A DNA stretch of 44,645 nucleotides, from contig PWXJ01000162.1 of assembly GCA_003561965.1 (NCBI GenBank), positions 1 through 44,645 of the forward strand. Direction: 5' to 3'. Origin of the DNA: PVC group bacterium. GTDB taxonomy: Bacteria; Auribacterota; Erginobacteria; Erginobacterales; Erginobacteraceae. The first letter of the stretch is position 1, and every line of letters begins with the position of its first letter. Below are positions 19,014-26,455 of the stretch, one piece after another. A model generated the notes under the pieces. That model searched no databases, was not told the origin of the DNA, and worked only from the letters and a program-made list of their open reading frames with translations. The translations under genes and the position numbers were made by a program.

Positions 19014-19041
19014 TTGCCTTTTCCGGCGAAACAATTATAAG
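19014..19041 (+). promoter_or_regulatory. Sigma70-like promoter for the small ORF, agmatinase and TrkA-C genes
   Basis: TTGCCT-16 nt-TATAAG in an AT-rich island, divergent from the previous promoter. Confidence 0.45.
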
Positions 19042-19076
19042 GGTTGGGCAGAGTTCAAACCGGTCCAGGTGTCACT

Positions 19077-19247
19077 ATGAATTTGGATTATCTCGAACTG
19101 GAAGAAGGCGAATTCGAAGACTCACCCGGCCGGCGGGGGAAAGCCCGCCACCGCTCCCGGAACGACGAAGAGTTCCGGGGCCGGAAGGACCGCCGGAGCC
19201 AGCGGGAACGGATCAGAAGAATCAGAAAGGCCCAGGAGAGGTTTTAA
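19077..19247 (+). CDS. 56-aa small protein or leader peptide, acidic N-terminus and Arg-rich C-terminus
   Basis: AGGTG RBS, ATG 19077; MNLDYLELEEGEFEDSPGRRGKARHRSRNDEEFRGRKDRRSQRERIRRIRKAQERF. Confidence 0.6.
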   Translation: MNLDYLELEEGEFEDSPGRRGKARHRSRNDEEFRGRKDRRSQRERIRRIRKAQERF

Positions 19248-19249
19248 CC

Positions 19250-20140
19250 ATCCCTCCCCTCCCCGATCAATTTCTGGACGACGGGACCGAGCCGTCTCCC
19301 TACGTTCCGGCCGCGCGGGCGGCGGTCGTCATCATCCCCGTACCGCTGGAGAAGACCGTCTCCTACCTCCCCGGGACCGCCGCCGGACCGCGGAAAATCC
19401 TGGAAGCTTCCCGGCAGGTCGAGCTCTACGACCCCGAACTGGGGTTTTGCCCCTACCGGCTCGGGATCCACACCGCCGCTCCGGTCGACTGCCGGGGGGA
19501 TTCCGCCGCCGCCCTGGCGGCGGTCGAAGAGGCGGTCGAAGCGGCGTCTGGCCGGTCGGTCCCGGTCTGCCTGGGGGGAGAGCATACCCTGACCCTGGGG
19601 GCGATCCGGGCCCTCCGGGCCGCCGGCGAAAAATTCAGCGTCCTCCACCTCGACGCCCACGCCGACCTCCGGGAGAGTTACGGCGGCGACCGCCTCTCCC
19701 ACGCCTCGGTGATGCGCCGGGTTTACGAACTCGGACCGGACCTGGTCTCGGTCGGGATCCGGTCACTGGAGCGGGAGGAGGCCGACTTCATCGAGGCGGA
19801 GAAGATCAAGGTCTTCCCGGGCTGGAACTTCTCCGGAGAGGACTACCCCTGGACGGAGGTGGCCGCCGCGGTGGGCGAACGGGTCTATCTCACGATCGAC
19901 CTCGACGTCTTCGACCCCTCCGAGGTCCCCGGGGTCGGGACCCCGGAGCCGGGAGGCCTGAGGTGGCGCCAGGCGCTCGATCTCTTCCGAGCCCTCCGGG
20001 ACGCCGGGACGACCCTGGCCGGGGCGGATCTGGTCGAACTCTGCCCGCGGGAAGGCTCGATCATCTCCGAGTTCTACGCCGCGCGCCTCCTCTACAAGCT
20101 GATCGGGTACTTCTTCGGGCCGGAGAAGGAAATCTCCTGA
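19250..20140 (+). CDS. speB: Agmatinase (ureohydrolase), apparently starting at ATC
   Basis: Frame is continuous upstream of ORF 19709..20140: IPPLPDQFL...VIIPVPLEKTVSYLPGTAAGP...LGGEHTLT...LHLDAHADLRESY...SHAS...VGIRS...TIDLDVFDP...PEPGG...DLVE; 296 aa; no in-frame ATG/GTG/TTG before 19709. Confidence 0.88.
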   Translation: MPPLPDQFLDDGTEPSPYVPAARAAVVIIPVPLEKTVSYLPGTAAGPRKILEASRQVELYDPELGFCPYRLGIHTAAPVDCRGDSAAALAAVEEAVEAASGRSVPVCLGGEHTLTLGAIRALRAAGEKFSVLHLDAHADLRESYGGDRLSHASVMRRVYELGPDLVSVGIRSLEREEADFIEAEKIKVFPGWNFSGEDYPWTEVAAAVGERVYLTIDLDVFDPSEVPGVGTPEPGGLRWRQALDLFRALRDAGTTLAGADLVELCPREGSIISEFYAARLLYKLIGYFFGPEKEIS

Positions 20141-20171
20141 CCGACAATAATTACCAACCAAGGACCGATTT

Positions 20172-20960
20172 ATGAATATCCTGCTTTTCCTGGCGACCCT
20201 GGTCGTCTCGGTGATCGCCGTCCGGATCGGGGCGGTGGCCTTCAACCTGACCGGACTGGAATGGTCCGCCGCCAAGTTCCAGTCCCTCTCCTGCTTCACC
20301 GGGACCGGATTCACCACCCGGGAGTCGGAGCTGATCCTGGCCAGCCCCCGGCGGCGGCGGATCGCCACCTACCTGATCGTGATCGGCCACGCCGGCCTGG
20401 TGGCGTTGATCGCCACCTTCGCCAACACGATCCGGCCCAGCTTCGACCTGACCCGGCTCGACCTCCCGTTCCTCCGGTCGTTCATCCCGGCCCAGCTGCT
20501 GCCTCTGATCAACCTCCTGATCATCGCCGGGGCGGTCTACCTGCTGATCAAGCGGGTCCCCAACACCCGCCTGGCCCGGCAGGTCACGGTCCTGGCCAAG
20601 GAGAAGCTGGTCGGGAAGAAGATCATCCCCCCGGAGAAATTCGAGGAGATCTTCGTCGCCCCCGGCGGCTACGGGATCTCCCGGGTGGACATCGAGGAGA
20701 GCAGCCCGGTCCTCGACAAGACCCTGATCGAGGCCGATTTGCGGAGTCACGGGATCACCGTCCTGGTCATCGAACGGGGGATGACCACGATCCCCAACCC
20801 CCCGCCCGACACCCGGATCCGGGCCGGGGATGTCCTGCTCTGCTTCGGAAAGCTATCGGCGATGAAGGAAGAAATCTACACCCTGGCCGGAGACACCGAT
20901 AATTCCGGAGCCGATGAAAATCCCGGAGAAACAGAGCGTCCGGAGATTCCCGGGAATTAA
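20172..20960 (+). CDS. Membrane protein with TrkA C-terminal (RCK-C) domain, putative K+ transport component
   Basis: AKFQSLSCFTGTGFTTRESELI pore-like motif, TM helices, C-terminal KTLIEADLRSHGITVLVIERG..IPNP..RIRAGDVLLCFG. Confidence 0.8.
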   Translation: MNILLFLATLVVSVIAVRIGAVAFNLTGLEWSAAKFQSLSCFTGTGFTTRESELILASPRRRRIATYLIVIGHAGLVALIATFANTIRPSFDLTRLDLPFLRSFIPAQLLPLINLLIIAGAVYLLIKRVPNTRLARQVTVLAKEKLVGKKIIPPEKFEEIFVAPGGYGISRVDIEESSPVLDKTLIEADLRSHGITVLVIERGMTTIPNPPPDTRIRAGDVLLCFGKLSAMKEEIYTLAGDTDNSGADENPGETERPEIPGN

Positions 20961-21007
20961 CTGTTGCCTAATGGTGGTAGGCGGATAATAATGCCGGGAG
21001 TAAGAAG

Positions 21008-21042
21008 TCAGAATCCAGAATTCAGAATCCAGAATTCAGAAG
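21008..21042. repeat. Heptamer tandem repeat (T/C)CAGAAT x5
   Basis: TCAGAAT CCAGAAT TCAGAAT CCAGAAT TCAGAAG, ending 9 nt before the hisG ATG. Confidence 0.9.
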
Positions 21043-21051
21043 ACAAACACG

Positions 21052-21951
21052 ATGAAAACCAATAGCAGTCCGGACAACCCGACCCTGATCAGGCTGGGGC
21101 TACCCAAGGGGAGCCTGCAGGAATCAACCTTCGAACTCTTCCGGCGGGCCGGTTTCGCGATCGCGGTCGGGAGCAGGTCCTATTACCCCCGGATCGACGA
21201 CCCGGAGATCGAGGCGGTCCTGATCCGGGCCCAGGAGATCCCCCGCTACGTGGAACAAGGCGCGATCGACGCCGGTATCACCGGTTTCGACTGGCTGAAG
21301 GAGAGCGGGGCCGGGGTGGAGGAGATCGCCGACCTGGTCTACGCCAAGGCCGGTTTCCGCCCGGTCCGCTGGGTCCTGGCCGCCCCCGAGGATTCGCCCT
21401 TCCGCAAGCCCGAGGACTTCCGGGGGAAGAGGATCGCCACCGAGCTGGTCTGCGCCACCCGGGATTTCTTCTCCTCCCGGGGGATCGACTGCGAGGTGGA
21501 ATTCTCCTGGGGGGCGACCGAGGTCAAGCCCCCCCAGCTGGCCGACGGGATCGTCGAGCTGACCGAGACCGGCTCCTCGCTGCGGGCCAACAACCTCCGG
21601 ATCGTCGAGACGGTCCTGGAGAGCACCACCCGCTTCATCGCCAACACCGCGGTCTGGAAGGATCCGGCCCGTCGGCGGAAGCTGGAGAATATCGCCCTCC
21701 TCCTCCAGGGGGCGATCGAGGCCCAGGGCAAGGTCGGCCTGAAGATGAACGTCCCCCGCCGGGTCCTGGAGCAGTTGCTGGAGATCCTCCCCGCCCTCCA
21801 TTCCCCCACCCTCTCCGACCAGATCGACCGCGACTGGGTGGCGGTCGAGGTGGTGATCGAGGAGAAGCGGGTCCGGGAACTGATCCCGGTCCTGAAGGGC
21901 GCCGGGGCGGAGGGGATCATCGAATACCCGTTGAACAAGATCGTCAAGTAA
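21052..21951 (+). CDS. hisG: ATP phosphoribosyltransferase (long form)
   Basis: [52 protein letters not shown]-terminal regulatory domain. Confidence 0.95.
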   Translation: MKTNSSPDNPTLIRLGLPKGSLQESTFELFRRAGFAIAVGSRSYYPRIDDPEIEAVLIRAQEIPRYVEQGAIDAGITGFDWLKESGAGVEEIADLVYAKAGFRPVRWVLAAPEDSPFRKPEDFRGKRIATELVCATRDFFSSRGIDCEVEFSWGATEVKPPQLADGIVELTETGSSLRANNLRIVETVLESTTRFIANTAVWKDPARRRKLENIALLLQGAIEAQGKVGLKMNVPRRVLEQLLEILPALHSPTLSDQIDRDWVAVEVVIEEKRVRELIPVLKGAGAEGIIEYPLNKIVK

Positions 21952-22024
21952 CCCGTCTTATATACTGTCCGATCCTCCGGGCCACGGGCGGAGGATCCGG
22001 AAACCCACCTCAAGGAGTTGACCT

Positions 22025-22114
22025 ATGCCCTCGGGAAGAAAAAAGCGAAAGGCCAAGATCGCCAAGCATAAACGGAAGAAGAGACTGCGGCGGGACCGCC
22101 ACAAGAAGAAATGA
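22025..22114 (+). CDS. 30S ribosomal protein bS22 / AURKAIP1-COX24 domain peptide (29 aa)
   Basis: AAGGAG RBS; MPSGRKKRKAKIAKHKRKKRLRRDRHKKK; TGA overlaps the next ATG (ATGA); below the ORF-track length cutoff. Confidence 0.85.
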   Translation: MPSGRKKRKAKIAKHKRKKRLRRDRHKKK

Positions 22115-23505
22115 TTCCGGGACGCGCCCTTATTGTCTGCGGGTTAGCCCTCGCCCTGCAGGCCGGGTGCGTACCCCGTTCCCTTCCCCCCAACCGTCCG
22201 GGCGGGGGCAAATCCGGCCCCGAAGCCGACCGGCGGCAAGCCTACTTCCATTACGCCCGGGCCGCCTACCACGAATACCACCGGGAATTCGATTCCGCCC
22301 TCGAAGAGTACCAAAGAGCCCTCCGGTACGACCCCGGCTCCTTCGAGGCCGCCCTGAAGATCGGCTCGATCCTGATCAGCCGGGACGAAACCGAGGAGAG
22401 CATCGAGTGGCTGGAAAAGGCCCGGGAGATCAAACCCGGTTCCTTCCGGGCGGTCTTTCTCCTGGCCACCGCGCATTACAAGGCCGGCCGGGAAGATCAA
22501 GCCCTGGCCGGATACCGGGAGGCGAGCCGGATAGCCCCGGAAGAACGGAGTCCCCACCTGCTCTCGGCCGCCATCTACACCCGCCGGGAGGATTACCGGG
22601 CGGCCCTGGAATCCTACCGGAAGGTGATCGAGGCCGACCCCAAACAGCCGGACCCCTGGTTCCGGATGGGGTTGATTTACACCAAGCTCGAGGACCTGCC
22701 CTCGGCGGTCGCGGCCTTCGAGAAAGCCCTGGAACTGGTCCCCGCCTCCCTGGAGGCAAGGCTGGCCCTGGCCCTGGCCTACGACCTCCTCGACGAGAAC
22801 GAGAAGGCGATCGCGGAATACGAGCGGGCCCGGGTCTTCTCGCCCGCCAACGCCACCATCCAACGGCGGTTGGGGGTGCTCTACTACGCCGTCGGTCGGC
22901 ACCGGGACGCGGTCACGGCCTTTCAGCGGCTGGTGGAACTGGAACCGGACGACCCGGAGGCGATGTTCCTGCTCGGAACCGCCCAGCTCCGGGCGAAGAA
23001 CTACCCGGAAGCCATCGCCGCCTACCGGGAAGCCAAGGAAAGGGGCGAAGTCTCCGACCTCCTCCTCTTCCAGCTGGGGGCGGCCCACGAGCGGAACAGC
23101 GACTTTGAAGAAGCGGTCCGCCACTTCGAACGGGCGATCGAACTCAACCCCCGCAACGCCGCCGCCTACAACTACCTGGGATATATGTACGCCGAGCGGG
23201 GGGTCCGCCTCGACGAGGCCCGGGAGCTGATCAAGCGGGCGCTGGAGTTCGAGCCGGACAACGGGGCCTTCATCGACAGCCTGGGCTGGGTCTATTACCA
23301 GCAGGGATACTACGATCGGGCGGTCGAACAGCTGGAGAGGGCGGCCTCGATCATCCCCGACGACCCGATCATCCGCGACCACCTCGGCGACGCCTACGCC
23401 CGGCTGGGCCGGGAGGACGACGCCCGCCGGCAGTGGGAGAAAGCCCTGGGACTCGACCCCGAGAACCCGGAGGAGATCCGGGAAAAGCTGGATGACGGGG
23501 AATGA
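22111..23505 (+). CDS. TPR-repeat lipoprotein
   Basis: Lipobox LQAGC; many TPRs; C-terminal AYNYLGYMYAE...FIDSLGWVYY...DHLGDAY typical of ispE-linked TPR proteins. Confidence 0.88.
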   Translation: MIPGRALIVCGLALALQAGCVPRSLPPNRPGGGKSGPEADRRQAYFHYARAAYHEYHREFDSALEEYQRALRYDPGSFEAALKIGSILISRDETEESIEWLEKAREIKPGSFRAVFLLATAHYKAGREDQALAGYREASRIAPEERSPHLLSAAIYTRREDYRAALESYRKVIEADPKQPDPWFRMGLIYTKLEDLPSAVAAFEKALELVPASLEARLALALAYDLLDENEKAIAEYERARVFSPANATIQRRLGVLYYAVGRHRDAVTAFQRLVELEPDDPEAMFLLGTAQLRAKNYPEAIAAYREAKERGEVSDLLLFQLGAAHERNSDFEEAVRHFERAIELNPRNAAAYNYLGYMYAERGVRLDEARELIKRALEFEPDNGAFIDSLGWVYYQQGYYDRAVEQLERAASIIPDDPIIRDHLGDAYARLGREDDARRQWEKALGLDPENPEEIREKLDDGE

Positions 23506-24388
23506 AACAACCGTTCTCTCTCCCTGCAAGCTCAACCTCTTTCTCGACGTGACCGGCCGGAGGCCGGACGGCTACCACGAGGTGGTGACGGTTATCGAAC
23601 CGCTCGACCTCGCCGACCGGCTCCACTTCCGGCCCCGGCGGAAGGGAATCTCGGTCACCACCGACCACCCGGATATCCCCGGGGGGAAAGAGAACATCGT
23701 CTTCCGGGCCGCCCGGCTGCTGGCGGAGACGGCCGGGACGGAGCGAGGGGTCTCGATCCGGATCGAGAAGAACGTCCCCGCGGCGGCCGGACTGGGGGGA
23801 GGATCGGCCGACGCGGCCGCGGCCCTGACGGCCCTCAACGGCCTCTGGGAACTGGGATTGCCGTTGCCGGATCTGTTCGCCCTGGCCGGGCGGCTGGGGT
23901 CGGACGTCCCCTTCTTCCTCAACCCCCGGACCTCGCTCTGGCGGGGACGCGGGGAGCGGGGGGAGCCGCTTCCCCCGGCCCCGCCTTTCTTCGCCGTGCT
24001 GATCAACCCCGCCTTTCCCCTCTCCACCCGCCGGGCCTACGGGGAACTCGGCATCTCCGGCCCGACCCGGCCGCCTCACCGGAAGCTGGAAGAGCTGGTC
24101 GCCGCCCTGGAGCGAGCCGACCTGGGAGCCCTGGAAGGCTCTCTCTACAACCGCTTCCAGGAGATTTTGGCCCCCCGCTACCCCCGGATCCGCCAACTGC
24201 TGGAATTCTTCCGGGGCCGGGGCGCCGCCGCCCTCCTCTCCGGTTCCGGGCCGACCGTGGCCGGCCTGGCGGCCACCGGGGAACGGGCCGGGGAGCTGGC
24301 CGCCGCCGCCCGCGCCGACTTCCCGAAGAACTATCGGGTCGTCGTCGCCTCCAACCGGGGAGAGATTCTGCCCAGGCCCTCGCGGTAA
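23492..24388 (+). CDS. ispE: 4-diphosphocytidyl-2-C-methyl-D-erythritol kinase
   Basis: PCKLNLFLDVTGRRPDGYHE, KNVPAAAGLGGGSADAA, LGSDVPFF, LSGSGPT. Confidence 0.95.
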   Translation: MTGNETTVLSPCKLNLFLDVTGRRPDGYHEVVTVIEPLDLADRLHFRPRRKGISVTTDHPDIPGGKENIVFRAARLLAETAGTERGVSIRIEKNVPAAAGLGGGSADAAAALTALNGLWELGLPLPDLFALAGRLGSDVPFFLNPRTSLWRGRGERGEPLPPAPPFFAVLINPAFPLSTRRAYGELGISGPTRPPHRKLEELVAALERADLGALEGSLYNRFQEILAPRYPRIRQLLEFFRGRGAAALLSGSGPTVAGLAATGERAGELAAAARADFPKNYRVVVASNRGEILPRPSR

Positions 24389-24412
24389 TCCGATATCGCC
24401 AAAATTATCTTA

Positions 24413-24441
24413 TTGACTCCCTCCGGAGGCTGGGGTAGTGT
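24413..24441 (+). promoter_or_regulatory. Sigma70 promoter upstream of tRNA-Gln
   Basis: TTGACT-17 nt-TAGTGT. Confidence 0.6.
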
Positions 24442-24626
24442 GCTTCCGGCTGGGCCCAGGGTGTCCAAATTTCCGACGAGTCGGACGAGCCGGTCCAGCC
24501 AGGGGTTCCCCGAAAATATGGGGCGAGGCGGGGGAAAAAATCGAAGAGATCCGATAAGCACAGTTTCTGCCCAGGAGGCTTCCGAGCATCGCGTCGCGAG
24601 CCGAACCTCAACCCGCTCCCGTCTTA

Positions 24627-24697
24627 TGCCCGGTGGTGTAATGGTAACACATCGGCCTTTGGAGCCGAGTTTCGAGGTTCGAGTCCTCGCCGGGCAG
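24627..24697 (+). tRNA. tRNA-Gln(TTG), CCA not encoded
   Basis: Acceptor TGCCCGG/CCGGGCA, D arm GTGT-AATGGTA-ACAC, anticodon stem TCGGC/GCCGA with loop CTTTGGA, T arm CGAGG-TTCGAGT-CCTCG; usual ispE-tRNAGln-prs position. Confidence 0.95.
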
Positions 24698-24851
24698 TCG
24701 CCGGTATCCGGGAGGCGGCCGAGTATATCCCGCCGCCGCTCCCGGCCGCCGTACCGGCGGCCTCCCGCCTGACGTTCCTCGTTTCCCTCCGGACGGCACC
24801 CGGTCCGGCCGCGGCCATCGCCGGCCGGCAGCCCGGATCGAATAGTAAATT

Positions 24852-26390
24852 GAGCCTGTTCAATATTATAATGTGTTGATGGCTAAGCACTTACGTAGAC
24901 GATACCGCCAAAGTAACTCAAAATACCCCCCAAAATAGGGCTTTTCCCCCCTTAAAGTCCGAAAAATGGCAAAAAGTAACTCAACTTTTAGGTCCCAAAA
25001 TATAGGAAGCAACTCAACTATTTTACGATTAGCTCCAAACTATGATATTTTGTAAATATAAGCAATATTTGAGGTTAGGGCTTGTACTGCCCTTCCTGTA
25101 TGCTCCTGCAATATTGAACACCAATATTGAACAGGGGGTACAGGCTATGCCTATTATTCGCACTCCACAAGAGAAGGAATTCCTCGAATATTTCCGCAAA
25201 ATCAAGAAGTCTGCTATCCAGAATATTCTATCTCAATACCGTTCTTCAGGCCCGGTCGGATATTCCACTTCACTGATATTGGCACGCATTCTCAAGGTCA
25301 AAGAACGTATATCCTCGGACCGAGAACTCAGCGAAAAACTGGGTAGGATTTCAATCTACCGGCAGGCTATCGGATTACGCCATAATGAAATCCCCGCACA
25401 CAATACTTTCAACACACTCCGTCAACGATTGGGGCCGGAAGGTTTTATTCGCATTCATCAATCCTTTATTCAGCAGGCATACAAGATTGGCCTGCTTACT
25501 CCCCCGATCCAGGGCCTCCCGAAAATGGCAGAAAATAAAATTGTCCTCCTTGGTGATTCAACTTTTCTCAAGGCCGTTGCCAATAGCAAAGGCGAAAAAA
25601 CCGAAGACGGAAAATGGTTGTTTACTGATGACAGTATCGCCTTTGGAAAACCACACCATAAGCATAAATATCCTGTTGGCCATCGAGCTCATACCCTTGT
25701 GTCCATCAGTGGCATCCCTATGGTCAGCTTACTTGCTCCTGCCAACGAAAGTGACCAAGCCTATGTTATGCCGCTCTTAAACACAACTCTACGTCGATAT
25801 CCAGAACTCCCCTTCGTCGCCGTAATCCTCGACGCCGGGTATGACGCGGAAGATTTTCACCGGGATATTTATACCCAACTAAATCTCTTGCCGATCATCA
25901 TTCGCCACCCATCTATGAAGTGGGGGAAAAATTTCAGTGATGTTGGTACCCCACTTTGTCCCTTTGGGTATGCTACCCGACGGCGGGGAATTGAATACAA
26001 TCACAAACGGACTAAATTTGCGTGTTATCATGCTTGTCACGATGACTCTCAAAAACTTCTTTTCTCCTGCAAACACCAACAATCAAAGAGCCGATTCGGC
26101 TGGATGACTTACACCTACTTCAAGGATAGTTATCGGCGCTATGGTCCGGCAGTCCCGGGCTCAAGAATCTATAATCACCTGAAAAAGTTTCGCACTGGCA
26201 TTGAGCGTTATTATGGTTTGACTAAAGAAAATCGATATCATATGGAGTTTAACAATACTTATAAAGGCCACGATAATGTAATGATCCATGTGATTGAACA
26301 CGACATTGTGGCCACCTTGGATATCATTTTTGAGCACTCGAAAACCGGCAAGTGGAGTGACGTTCTCAACGTCTAATATTGAACAGGCTC
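24852..26390 (+). mobile_element. Complete insertion sequence, IS4-superfamily DDE (IS1182/IS5-like), 1539 bp
   Basis: Perfect 17-bp TIRs GAGCCTGTTCAATATTA (24852-24868) and TAATATTGAACAGGCTC (26374-26390); AAATT direct repeats at 24847-24851 and 26391-26395; sharply lower GC than the flanks. Confidence 0.92.
25147..26376 (+). CDS. DDE transposase
   Basis: SDRELSE..PAHNTFNTLRQRLG (DUF772-like), LLGDST, LDAGYD, RTGIERYYGLTK (YREK-like). Likely start is ATG 25147 (alternative 25042); stop lies in the right TIR. Confidence 0.88.
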   Translation: MPIIRTPQEKEFLEYFRKIKKSAIQNILSQYRSSGPVGYSTSLILARILKVKERISSDRELSEKLGRISIYRQAIGLRHNEIPAHNTFNTLRQRLGPEGFIRIHQSFIQQAYKIGLLTPPIQGLPKMAENKIVLLGDSTFLKAVANSKGEKTEDGKWLFTDDSIAFGKPHHKHKYPVGHRAHTLVSISGIPMVSLLAPANESDQAYVMPLLNTTLRRYPELPFVAVILDAGYDAEDFHRDIYTQLNLLPIIIRHPSMKWGKNFSDVGTPLCPFGYATRRRGIEYNHKRTKFACYHACHDDSQKLLFSCKHQQSKSRFGWMTYTYFKDSYRRYGPAVPGSRIYNHLKKFRTGIERYYGLTKENRYHMEFNNTYKGHDNVMIHVIEHDIVATLDIIFEHSKTGKWSDVLNV

Positions 26391-26455
26391 AAATTCCCGG
26401 CACCGGGATCAAGATCTTCCGATGTCCTGAATAATCGCTGGAGCCAAGAGGAGAT

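Noticed and set aside
19233-19250. prfB-like +1 frameshift signal (AGGAG-AGG-TTT-TAA-C) fusing the small ORF to agmatinase
   Set aside because: A +1 shift enters the shadow frame of ORF 19447..20175, not the agmatinase frame. The required -1 or +2 shift has poor tRNA re-pairing, so ATC initiation is simpler.
21971-21997. Intrinsic terminator after hisG
   Set aside because: The stem is good but has no U-tract on the plus strand; kept only as a leader hairpin for bS22.
6583-24564. TAAGCACAGT shared by two intergenic regions (6583-6592 and 24555-24564)
   Set aside because: A single 10-bp match is expected by chance among several kb of intergenic DNA and there is no shared context.
24627-26400. 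tRNA-anchored genomic island or prophage
   Set aside because: No integrase or duplicated tRNA 3' end; the low-GC DNA is fully bounded by the IS TIRs and target duplication about 150 bp downstream of the tRNA.
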